From Sandaracinaceae bacterium (lineage in GTDB: Bacteria > Myxococcota_A > Polyangia > Polyangiales > Sandaracinaceae), in the NCBI GenBank assembly GCA_044220955.1, contig JBGAQA010000082.1, forward strand, positions 1-32,282: 32,282 nucleotides of DNA, read 5' to 3'. Under the pieces are notes generated by a model that was not told where the DNA came from, did not search any database, and worked only from the letters and a program-made list of their open reading frames with translations. Each line of letters starts with the position of its first letter. Position 1 is the stretch's first letter. Both the position numbers and the translations under genes were made by a program. This document shows, piece by piece, positions 1 to 7,955 of the stretch.

Positions 1-90
1 CAGCCCGCCCCAGGCAACATCGGCGGCGCGGAGCGACGCGCAGGTCATCGATGGGTGGCCGGTGGGCCACGAGCTGCGTCGGGAATTGCC

Positions 91-232
91 GAGGACGAGA
101 GCGAGGACGAGGGCGAGGGCGAGGGCGAGGGCGCGAGGCGAGAGGCGAGAGCGAGAGCGAGGGCGAGAGCGAGAGCGAGAGCGAGAGCGAGGGCGAGAGC
201 GAGAGCGAGGGGGCGAGAGCGAGGGCGAGAGC
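91..232 (+). repeat. Intergenic tandem hexamer array (GAGNNC)n: GAGGAC/GAGGGC/GAGAGC units with a few slips
   Basis: Directly visible run of more than 20 units ending ~35 nt upstream of the ATG at 267; it creates spurious RA/EG/ES-repeat ORF extensions. Confidence 0.95.
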
Positions 233-266
233 TGGCGCGCTCGACCGCGGTGCCTATCCCCTCGCC

Positions 267-1382
267 ATGCGCTGGGCGTTCGCGGGGCTGCTCGTGATCC
301 ACGGGCTGATTCACCTCATGGGCTTCGCGAAGGCCTTCGGGTACGCCGAGCTCGCGGCGCTCACGCAGCCCATCTCTCGCTCGCTGGGCGCGCTCTGGCT
401 GCTCGCGGCGCTGATGTTCCTCGCGACCGCGGCCGTCTACCTCGGGGGCGTCCGCGGCTGGTGGGCGCTCGGGATGGTCGCCCTCGTGGTCTCGCAGGGG
501 CTCGTGTTCGTGAGCTGGACCGACGCGCGCTGGGGGACGATCGCGAACCTCCTCGTGCTGGCGGGCGTGCTCGTCGGCGCGGCGATGGGCGGCCCGACGA
601 GCCTGCCGGCCGAGCTCGAGCGCGAGCTCGACTCCCGGCTCGAGCCGAGCCGCCGCGCGCCGGCACGCCCGATCGCCGCGAGCGACCTCGAGGCCCTGCC
701 GGCGCCCGTCCGGCGCTACCTCGAGGCCACCGGCGCGGCGCGGCTCCCGCGCCCTCTGCACCTCTTCGTGCGCTTCAGCGGCCGCATCCGCGGCGACGCG
801 AAGGCGCCCTGGATGCCCTTCGTGGGGCAGCAGCACAGCTTCTACGGCGCCGCCGACGGGCCGGTGCGCCTCTTCTTCATGGACGCGACGATGATGGGGC
901 TGCCGGTGCAGGTCTTCCATCGCTACGCGCACGGCGAGGCATCCATGCGCGTGCGGATGCTCGGGCTCGTGCCCATCACGAGCGCGTCGGGCGAGGCCAT
1001 GACGCGCGCCGAGACGGTCACGCTGCTGAACGACGCGTGCCTGCTCGCGCCCGGGGCGATGATCGATCCCGCGATGCGCTGGGAGGCCCTCGACGCGCGG
1101 CGCGCCCGCGCGACGTACACGAACGGGGCACACACCATCTCGGCCGAGGTGACCTTCGGTGACGACGGCATGATCGCGGACTTCGTCTCGGACGACCGCG
1201 CGATGATGAAGGGACGCGAGGCCATCCCGTGCCGCTGGTCGACGCCGATGCGCGAGGTGCGGGCGTTCGGTCCCCAGCGTCTCGCGTCGGTCGGCGAGGG
1301 CATGTACCACCCGCCCGAGGGCGCGTTCGCGTACCTCGAGATGCGGCTCGACGACGTGGTGGTCGAGCCGACGCAGGCGTGA
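267..1382 (+). CDS. DUF6544-like membrane-anchored protein
   Basis: ATG at 267 in the frame of ORF 51..1382; N-terminal TM helices (MRWAFAGLLVIHGLIHLMGFAKAFG) followed by a soluble domain with LPAPVRRYL, AETVTLLND, FVSDDR and WSTP motifs; upstream extension is repeat-derived. Confidence 0.8.
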   Translation: MRWAFAGLLVIHGLIHLMGFAKAFGYAELAALTQPISRSLGALWLLAALMFLATAAVYLGGVRGWWALGMVALVVSQGLVFVSWTDARWGTIANLLVLAGVLVGAAMGGPTSLPAELERELDSRLEPSRRAPARPIAASDLEALPAPVRRYLEATGAARLPRPLHLFVRFSGRIRGDAKAPWMPFVGQQHSFYGAADGPVRLFFMDATMMGLPVQVFHRYAHGEASMRVRMLGLVPITSASGEAMTRAETVTLLNDACLLAPGAMIDPAMRWEALDARRARATYTNGAHTISAEVTFGDDGMIADFVSDDRAMMKGREAIPCRWSTPMREVRAFGPQRLASVGEGMYHPPEGAFAYLEMRLDDVVVEPTQA

Positions 1383-2011
1383 CCTCCTTCCGCACGTACT
1401 ACGCGGCCTTCGTGCGCTCGCCCCGCGCGGCCGCCGGCGATCTCGCGAGCGACCCGCGCGCGCTGCGCCTCGGCCTGCTCGCGATGGCGGTCCCGACCTT
1501 CGGCTACCTCGTCGTGTACCTCGGCCTCGCCCGGGGCGGCGCGTACCCCTCCACGTTCTCGCCCTGGCTCGCCATCCCGGCCGAGCACTACTACGAGACG
1601 AACGTGTACCTGATCGTGCCGAGCATGGCCGCGGGCTGGCTGCTCTCCGCCGCGCTCGTGCAGCTGCTCGGCCACGCCGTCGGCGCGAAGGGGAGCTTCG
1701 AGGGCACGCTGGCGGCGCTCGGGTTCGCCATCTCGATCGGGCACTGGACGCTCCTGCCCCACGACCTCGTGGTGAGCGTGCTCGGCGCGCTGCACGTCAT
1801 CGACGCGCTCGCCCACGAGCACGCGATGAACGCGCCGACGCTCGCGCGCGACGTGCTCTGGGCGTTCATGCTCGTCTACACGGTGGTGTTCCCGTGGATG
1901 TTCTCCGCGGTGATCGCCGGTGTGCACGGGCTCGACGCGCGGCGCGCGGGCCTGCTCGGCATGCTGGGCTTCGCGGCGTACCAGGGGGTGTTCTTGCTGT
2001 TCAACCGCTGA
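1379..2011 (+). CDS. Yip1-like polytopic membrane protein
   Basis: GTG at 1379 overlaps the upstream stop (GTGA); ~5 TM helices, with SP near the N-terminus and GAKGSFEGTL typical of Yip1-domain proteins. Confidence 0.7.
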   Translation: MTSFRTYYAAFVRSPRAAAGDLASDPRALRLGLLAMAVPTFGYLVVYLGLARGGAYPSTFSPWLAIPAEHYYETNVYLIVPSMAAGWLLSAALVQLLGHAVGAKGSFEGTLAALGFAISIGHWTLLPHDLVVSVLGALHVIDALAHEHAMNAPTLARDVLWAFMLVYTVVFPWMFSAVIAGVHGLDARRAGLLGMLGFAAYQGVFLLFNR

Positions 2012-2045
2012 TGGCCGTCGATCAGCGCGGGGCTATCCTCGTCCG

Positions 2046-3476
2046 GTGCGCGCCCCCCGCTTCATCCGTCCGAACGCGCTGGTCGGCGCAGGGCTGGCGC
2101 TCGCGCTCGCGCTGGTAGGCTGCGACGGGCCCCTCGTCGTCCGGGGCAGCGCGGACGGCGCTGCGCCCGACGCCGGAGCGCTGGACGCGGCAGCACCGGA
2201 CGCGGCGATGCGGGATGCGACGATGCAGGACGCGGGACCGCTGCCGGACGCCGCGTCTGCGCCCGACGCCGCGCGCGATCCCGACGCGGGGCCGCCGCCC
2301 CCGACCGGGCGGGTCGTCTACACGGCCGATCGTGGTGTCTCGCCCGTCACCGAGGATCTCGCGAGCGGCCTGCGAGCGATCGCCGGACGCGCGGCCGCGC
2401 ACGAGGATCGGTTCGCCAAGATCGGCGACTCGATCACGGTGAGCACCTCGTTCCTCGACTGCTTCGACGGCACACGCTTCGACCTCGACGGCCGCACCGC
2501 GCTCGAGGAGACGCGCGCCATCTTCGCGGCGGCTGACACCGGGGGTGGCGTGTCGCCGTTCTCGCGCACGAGCCTCTGCGCCACGGTCGGCTGGAGCGCG
2601 TCGGCGGCGCTCGCGGGGACGCCGCGTCCGCTCGACCTGGAGCTCGACGCGATCATGCCGCGCTACGCGTCGGTGATGTTCGGGACCAACGACGTCGGCT
2701 TCCGGACGCCGTTCGCGTTCGCCGAGAACATGCTCGACATCACCGACGCGCTGCTCGACCGCGGCGTGATCCCGGTGCTCTCGTCGATCCCGCCGCGCGA
2801 CGACGACCCGGCGGCGGACGCGAGCGTGCCGCTCTTCGGGTGGCTCGTGCGCGGGATCGCGCAGGGACGGCAGGTACCCTTCGTCGATCTCCACGCGGCG
2901 ATGCTGCCGCTCGCGTCGCACGGCCTCGGCCCCGACCACGTCCACCCGAACGCGTACTCGGGAGGCGCCTGCGTGCTCACCGCCGCGGGCCTCGGCTTCG
3001 GGTACGACCAGCGCAACCTGCTGGTGCTGACGGCGCTCGACCGCGCACGCCGCGCGCGCGCGGGCGAGCCGGCGCCGGACGCGAGCGCGACGCGCACGGC
3101 GGGGGCCGGGAGCTTCGCCGATCCCTTCGTGATCGGCGGGCTGCCGTTCACGGATCTGCGCTCGACGGCGACGGCCGGCGCGATGCGCATCGACACCTAC
3201 GGCTGCTCGACGGCGAACGAGGGCGGCGCCGAGCTCTACTACCGGCTCGACGTCTCGAGCGCGACGCACGTGCACGCCTGGGTCGTCGATCGCGGGACCG
3301 TCGACATCGACGTGCACCTGCTCGACGCCACCGGCGCGGGGGCGGGCTGCATCGCGCGCAACGACCGCGAGCTCTCGCTGGATCTCGCCGCAGGCACCTA
3401 CTACCTCGTGCTCGACTCCTACGTGACGTCCGACGGTGCCGCGCACCCCGGCGAGTACCTGCTAGTCGTGATGTAG
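2046..3476 (+). CDS. SGNH/GDSL hydrolase lipoprotein with C-terminal beta-sandwich (PPC-like) domain
   Basis: Lipobox LVGC, DA-rich linker, SGNH blocks IGDSIT, FGTND and DHVHPN; C-terminal DIDVHLL...GTYYLVLD...GEYLL; start GTG 2046 inferred. Confidence 0.8.
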   Translation: MRAPRFIRPNALVGAGLALALALVGCDGPLVVRGSADGAAPDAGALDAAAPDAAMRDATMQDAGPLPDAASAPDAARDPDAGPPPPTGRVVYTADRGVSPVTEDLASGLRAIAGRAAAHEDRFAKIGDSITVSTSFLDCFDGTRFDLDGRTALEETRAIFAAADTGGGVSPFSRTSLCATVGWSASAALAGTPRPLDLELDAIMPRYASVMFGTNDVGFRTPFAFAENMLDITDALLDRGVIPVLSSIPPRDDDPAADASVPLFGWLVRGIAQGRQVPFVDLHAAMLPLASHGLGPDHVHPNAYSGGACVLTAAGLGFGYDQRNLLVLTALDRARRARAGEPAPDASATRTAGAGSFADPFVIGGLPFTDLRSTATAGAMRIDTYGCSTANEGGAELYYRLDVSSATHVHAWVVDRGTVDIDVHLLDATGAGAGCIARNDRELSLDLAAGTYYLVLDSYVTSDGAAHPGEYLLVVM

Positions 3477-3491
3477 CCGTCGCGCCCGGCG

Positions 3492-4683
3492 TCAGGGCGA
3501 GAGCCAGGCGGCCAGCGCCTCGCGATCCGTCTCGTTCAGGTCCCGGCCGAAGGGGTGGCCGACGTGGGCGCTGGGCTCGAGGCCGAGCAGACCGCGCAGG
3601 CTGCTCGCGGTGCCGTCGTGCAGCACGCCGCGGCGATCGCCGGCGCCCAGCAGCGAGGGTGCGCGGTAGCCGCCGGTGCCGCGCTGCCCGCCGGTCGTGG
3701 CGGCGGCGTCCGTCCCGACGGTCTCGACCGCGACGAAGGCCCCCGCGAGCGCTTCGCCGGCGTGACAGCCCGCGCACGCGCGCTCGAAGGTGGCGGCGGC
3801 GGGCGCGGCGGGATCGGGGCGCGCGAGCGCGGCGTCGAGCGACTCGAGGTAGAGGGCCAGCGCGGAGACGACCTCGCGCTCGGGGCGGAAGGTGCTCGCC
3901 GAGCTGCGTGATCGCCAGCGTTTCGATCCGCACCATCCGAGCCAGGCGCCCGTTGAAGAGGTTGCCCGTGTGCTGCAGCCGCGCCTGCGAGGCGAGGGGG
4001 CGCAGGTCGGCGGGCCGGAGCGGCGCGTCGATCCCGTCGTCGGTCACGTCCATCGTGCCGAGCGGCCAGTCGAGGTGGCCGGTGAGCGAGCCCAGGTCGA
4101 GCCGCTCGCTCGGGAGGCCGAGCACGAACGCCCCGTCGCGCTCGGTCGAATGGCAGCCCGCGCAGGTGAGGGCGACGTTCCACCCCGTCGATGTCTCGAC
4201 CTCGACCGCGCCGCGCACGATCCCGTCGTCCGTCACGACGAAGCCGAGCCGCTCGGCGGTCGTGCGATCCCGGATGGGCGCGAGCGCGAGATCGATCTGC
4301 ACCGGGTAGCGCTCGAACGCCCGCTCGCCGGCGCGGACGTAGCCGGCCAGGTCGACCGGCGCGGCGTCGAGCACGCTCCCTTCGTCGAGGCTCCCGTCGC
4401 TGGCCGACCCACCGCGCACCCGCAGCCGCCGCACGCGCGGCGCGAACACCGGCAGCGCGTCCCAGTCGTTCCCGGGGTCGTCGATGCCGGCACCGGCGAG
4501 CGCGTAGTGCGCGAGCCGCTGCGCGGCGTACGGCGTGTCGGCGGCGGCGACGCTCGCCTCCATCGCGGCGCGCCGCATGACCGCGTCCGACTCGAACGCG
4601 TGCGCGTCGGCCATGGGGTCGCGCGGAGCCTGCGCGCAGGCCCCGAGCATCGCGACCGAGAGCGCCGCCCTCAGCCGGCGCAC
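3492..4683 (-). pseudogene. Dihaem c-type cytochrome lipoprotein (peroxidase/RoxA-like fold) interrupted by a +1 frameshift near 3890
   Basis: 5' part (MRRLRAALSVAMLGAC...LTCAGCH...RIETLAITQLGE) is in one frame; 3' part (RPEREVVSALALYLESL...RACAGCH...YRAPSLLG...LHDG...GHPFG...LAAWLSP*) is in another; span is 1192 nt = 3n+1. Confidence 0.75.
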
Positions 4684-5396
4684 TCGGACGTCGAGCAGGC
4701 CCAGTGTCCGGTGATCTCGTCGAACGCGCAGTAGCCCGGGGCGGCACAGTCGGCATCGACGGTGCACGCGTCCGTCGCGGTGTGGCACCGGAACGCCACG
4801 AACCCGGAGTAGTGGCCGCACATGCCGAAGGTCGGCGAGCACGCGCGCCCGCCGGCGCAGTCCGCGTCGACGCGGCAGTTGCTCGGCACGCACGTGTTGC
4901 CGCCGCCGCTCGACCCGTCGCAGAGGCAGACCTCGCCGGCGGCGCAGTCGGTGTCGGCGAAGCACGTGTCGTAGTCGCAGAACGTGCCGATGCGGCCGAA
5001 CACGCAGCGCCCGTTGCTGCCCATCGTGTTGTCGCTGCAGTCGGCGTCCGACATGCAGCCTCCGGTGGTCGAGCTGGTGCCGCTCGGCGGGCGGCAGTCG
5101 CTGCACTGCATGGGCGTCGGGCGCGTCGGATCGGGCGGGAGGTCCACGCACATGCCGGCATCGCCGCGCGCGGCGTCGTTCGGAGCGTCGGTGCCCGCGT
5201 CGGCGGGGCCGGGGCCGGCGTCGACGCCCGTGTCCGCGAGCGTCGCGCCGTCGATCCCCGTGTCGGACAGAGCGACTCCACCGTCCGCTCCCGAGTCGCC
5301 CGGGCCCGTGCCCGAGTCCCCGGGCGTCGTCGCCTGGCTACAGCCCACAGCCAGCAGCGCGAGCGCCGGTCCGATCCACACCAGCCACCGCCCCAT
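4671..5396 (-). CDS. Cys-rich myxobacterial lipoprotein (Dickkopf-like CxxDxDC repeats)
   Basis: GGAGG RBS 5 nt before ATG 5396; lipobox AVGC; D/G/A linker; repeats CMSDADC, CFADTDC, CRVDADC, CTVDADC. Confidence 0.85.
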   Translation of the reverse strand: MGRWLVWIGPALALLAVGCSQATTPGDSGTGPGDSGADGGVALSDTGIDGATLADTGVDAGPGPADAGTDAPNDAARGDAGMCVDLPPDPTRPTPMQCSDCRPPSGTSSTTGGCMSDADCSDNTMGSNGRCVFGRIGTFCDYDTCFADTDCAAGEVCLCDGSSGGGNTCVPSNCRVDADCAGGRACSPTFGMCGHYSGFVAFRCHTATDACTVDADCAAPGYCAFDEITGHWACSTSECAG

Positions 5397-5463
5397 GGGA
5401 GCCTCCGTCACGCAGAAGACAAGGAAAGGGTCACGCGCGTCCCGCGTGCGGCCCGCCGTTTCT

Positions 5464-6522
5464 CTAGCGCGTCGCCGGTGGCCGGGCGAGCGCGGGGTCT
5501 CCGAGGCCGGCGTGGAACGCGCGCATGCGCGCCAGGATCCGCGGGAGCGAGAGCGGGAAGGTCATGTGCCCGCCGGGGATCCACTCGATCGGCGGCCGGC
5601 CCCACTCCTCCCACTGCTGCTTCACGAGATCGGCCGTGATGTAGACGTCGTCGGTCGCCTCGACCCAGAGCTGCCTCGCGGGCGCGAGGCGCGGCTTCAT
5701 CGTCCCGAGCCCGAGCCGGCGGAAGAGCGTCTGGCGCGCGGCGCGATCGATCCCGAAGCCCTCGAGGTCGGACTTCATGCGCCACAGGATGGGCGCCTCC
5801 TCGACGGCCTCGCCGAGCTTGAGGTGTCCGATGATGGGCACGATGTAGTCGGGCGTCGGCTCCACGCACGCGAGCGCCATCGTGAGCCCCCCGCCGAGGC
5901 TGATGCCGGTGACGCCGAGCTGCTCGTAGCCGTGCTCCGCCCGCAGCCACGCCATGAGCGTGCGGACGTCGATGACCGACTGCCGCACCGACTCGACGGT
6001 GCGCACGAGGTCGGCGCTCCAGAAGAACTCGCCGTGGAAGAGCGCGCTGCGCGGGTTCCGGCTCCCGTGGAAGGGCAGCTGGATGTGCAGCACGTCCACG
6101 CCGAGCTCGTCGTGCAGGCGGGGCAAGAGGAGCGCCTCCTCGATGCCGGGCCCGGGCTCGAGCCAGCCGTGCACGTAGATCAGCGCGCGCTTGCGGGGCC
6201 CCGAGCGCGGGTGGATCCAGCGCGCCGTCACGCGCTGGTTCAGCCAGTACTCCCCGGCGTGGCGCGCGCGGTAGTGCGGGCAGAGCACGACGTGCTGGCT
6301 GTGCCAGCGCAGCGTCTCGATGACGCGCGGCCCGAGCGCGAGGCGCGGCTTCTTGCGCACGACGTCGCGCGGGACGACCGGCGTCGGGAAGAGCGTCTCG
6401 ATCGGAGCGTCGAGATAGGGCCCGAGGTCGTCCACGGTGTTGACGTGGGCGCCACGGAGCCCGTGCAGGAGGTGGGAGCCGGCGCCCACGACGCGATCGA
6501 CCGCTTCGCCGAAGGAGAGCAT
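5464..6522 (-). CDS. Alpha/beta hydrolase (ABHD18/DUF2048-like)
   Basis: ATG at 6522; oxyanion HGW, LPFHGSR, nucleophile GISLGG, acid DDVY, catalytic GGH. Confidence 0.85.
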   Translation of the reverse strand: MLSFGEAVDRVVGAGSHLLHGLRGAHVNTVDDLGPYLDAPIETLFPTPVVPRDVVRKKPRLALGPRVIETLRWHSQHVVLCPHYRARHAGEYWLNQRVTARWIHPRSGPRKRALIYVHGWLEPGPGIEEALLLPRLHDELGVDVLHIQLPFHGSRNPRSALFHGEFFWSADLVRTVESVRQSVIDVRTLMAWLRAEHGYEQLGVTGISLGGGLTMALACVEPTPDYIVPIIGHLKLGEAVEEAPILWRMKSDLEGFGIDRAARQTLFRRLGLGTMKPRLAPARQLWVEATDDVYITADLVKQQWEEWGRPPIEWIPGGHMTFPLSLPRILARMRAFHAGLGDPALARPPATR

Positions 6523-6582
6523 GCGGCTCGTTGTATCACCGAGGACGATCCGTGCGCGTCCGGACCGTCGAGCGCGCTGGGC

Positions 6583-6738
6583 GAGGGCGAGATCGAGGGC
6601 GAGATCGAAGGCGAGATCGAGATCGAGAGCGAGAGCGAGAGCGAGAGCGAGGGCGAGGGCGAGGGCGAGGGCGAGGCGAGGGCGAGGGCGAGGGCGAGGG
6701 CGAGGGCGAGGGCGAGGGCGAGGGCGAGGGGCGAGCTC
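6583..6738 (+). repeat. Tandem hexamer array (GAGNNC)n, ~25 units, left flank of the four-helix-bundle cassette
   Basis: Blocks of GAGGGC/GAGATC, then GAGAGC x4, GAGGGC x4, a 5-nt slip unit GAGGC, and GAGGGC x8. Confidence 0.95.
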
Positions 6739-6762
6739 CGAGGTCGCATCGGGGTGGGCGCT

Positions 6763-6955
6763 CTGCTCGGGGGTCCTCATCGTGCCCGCGGGCTTGTCGC
6801 GTTCAACCCCGCGCCTGCGGCGCGCCGGTGCTCGCTTCCTCCGGCTCCGCATTCGCGGAGCCTCCGTGCAGCTCCGCTCCGGAGCGACTGCATTCGCAGT
6901 CGCTGGGTTGAGCGCGCCTGCGACCCGCGGGCGGGAAGGGCTGTGCCCCGAGCAG
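6763..6955 (+). ncRNA. Putative structured leader element A (multi-stem; RNA or ssDNA) upstream of a four-helix-bundle gene
   Basis: Stems 6763-6772/6946-6955, 6784-6791/6925-6932, 6798-6809/6905-6916; hairpins 6811-6823, 6843-6862, 6883-6904; same architecture as 7675-7895 with compensatory changes. Confidence 0.6.
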
Positions 6956-6982
6956 GTCGGGGCACCAGCCAGGAGAAGCTCC

Positions 6983-7297
6983 GTGTTGAACATCTATCTC
7001 GTCTCGATTCAGCTCTGCCGCGATGTCCGGGTGATCGGTGAGCACGTCGGGCGCCACGACCGGAACCTGCTCGACCAGCTGCGGCGGGCGGTGACCAGCG
7101 TGCCGCTCAACCTCGCGGAGAGCGACGGCGTGCAGGGCGGCAACCGTCGGCAGCGGCGGCTGACGGCGCTCGGCTCAGCCAAGGAAGTTGGCGCGTGTCT
7201 CGACGTGGCGGAGGCGCTCGGGTACGCGGCGGTGGATCGGACCGTCCGAGAGCGACTGGACCACGTCATCGGCGTGCTCGTGAAGCTGACGCGCTGA
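6983..7297 (+). CDS. Four helix bundle protein (TIGR02436 / 23S rRNA IVS / Avd-like), 104 aa
   Basis: AGGAG RBS at 6971-6975, GTG start; signature DQLRRAVTSVPLNLAE...TALGSAKEV...LDVAEALGY. Confidence 0.9.
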   Translation: MLNIYLVSIQLCRDVRVIGEHVGRHDRNLLDQLRRAVTSVPLNLAESDGVQGGNRRQRRLTALGSAKEVGACLDVAEALGYAAVDRTVRERLDHVIGVLVKLTR

Positions 7298-7304
7298 GAG
7301 ATCA

Positions 7305-7336
7305 CCGAGGCCCGCGGCGACAATCACGGGCCTCGG
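7305..7336. terminator. GC-rich hairpin between convergent four-helix-bundle genes (possible bidirectional terminator or processing site)
   Basis: CCGAGGCCCG (7305-7314) is the perfect reverse complement of CGGGCCTCGG (7327-7336); no U-tract on either side. Confidence 0.5.
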
Positions 7337-7342
7337 CCCTGC

Positions 7343-7657
7343 CTACACGAGCTTGTGCAGCGTCCGCGCGATCCGATCGAGCGCGTCGACCTGCCTCGCG
7401 TCCGCGCTCACGTATCCCATCGCGTCCGCGGTCTCGAGGATGGCGCGGACCTCGTTCGCGCTCCCCATCGCGGTCTCGAACCTCGCGCGCGCGTTCCCGT
7501 TCCGCCGCCACTCCCCTTCCGCGATGTTGAGCGGCACGCTGGTCAGCGCCCGCCGCAGCTGCTTGCCGAGGTCTGCGTCGTGCTGCGCGATCTTGGTGAC
7601 GACGTCGCGCATCTCTCGCGTGATCTGGAGTGCGTCCTTGTAGATGTGCAGGCCCAT
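7343..7657 (-). CDS. Four helix bundle protein (TIGR02436 / 23S rRNA IVS / Avd-like), 104 aa
   Basis: ATG at 7657 with GGAG upstream; signature KQLRRALTSVPLNIAEG...RFETAMGSANEV...LETADAMGY. Confidence 0.92.
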   Translation of the reverse strand: MGLHIYKDALQITREMRDVVTKIAQHDADLGKQLRRALTSVPLNIAEGEWRRNGNARARFETAMGSANEVRAILETADAMGYVSADARQVDALDRIARTLHKLV

Positions 7658-7674
7658 GTTCCGTTCTCCGTTCT

Positions 7675-7895
7675 GCCCGCTCGGGGCACAGCCCCACCTC
7701 CGTCGCGCGCAGCGGCAGTCCACCCTCGGTCCGCGGAGGCGGACCGACGCGAGCGGAGCACCCCGGAGCCACGGCGAGACGTACTTCTCGCCATTCCGGT
7801 GCCCTGGCGAGGAGTGCGAGCACGCGCGCTTCGCGCAGCGAAGCGGGGTGGACGGCCGCGAGCACGACGGCACCATTCTCCAACCCCGAGCGGGC
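7675..7895 (-). ncRNA. Putative structured leader element B, homologous to element A
   Basis: Outer 12-bp stem 7884-7895/7675-7686, GTCCACCC/GGGTGGAC stem (7846-7853/7718-7725) and three internal hairpins; shares motifs GTGCTCGC, GCTCCGCTC and GGGCTGTGCCCCGAGC with element A. Confidence 0.6.
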
Positions 7896-7955
7896 CACCG
7901 GATTTCTCGTCCTCATTCGAGCGGCGAGTCCGGCCGAAGGCCGGAGAGCCCGAGA

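Noticed and set aside
51..266. N-terminal extensions of ORFs 51..1382, 5464..6993, 6437..7297 and 7343..7876, and ORFs such as 7644..8198
   Set aside because: They result from stop-free hexamer repeats and GC-rich leaders; better starts, several with an RBS, exist at the family-typical N-termini
6983..7657. Diversity-generating retroelement or 23S rRNA intervening sequence
   Set aside because: No reverse transcriptase, no TR/VR pair with A-specific mismatches and no rRNA sequence in the window; only the Avd-like fold is shared
6763..7895. Classical IS/MITE with terminal inverted repeats
   Set aside because: No transposase and no evident target-site duplication; the inverted segments are internal to each leader. 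Non-autonomous mobility cannot be excluded
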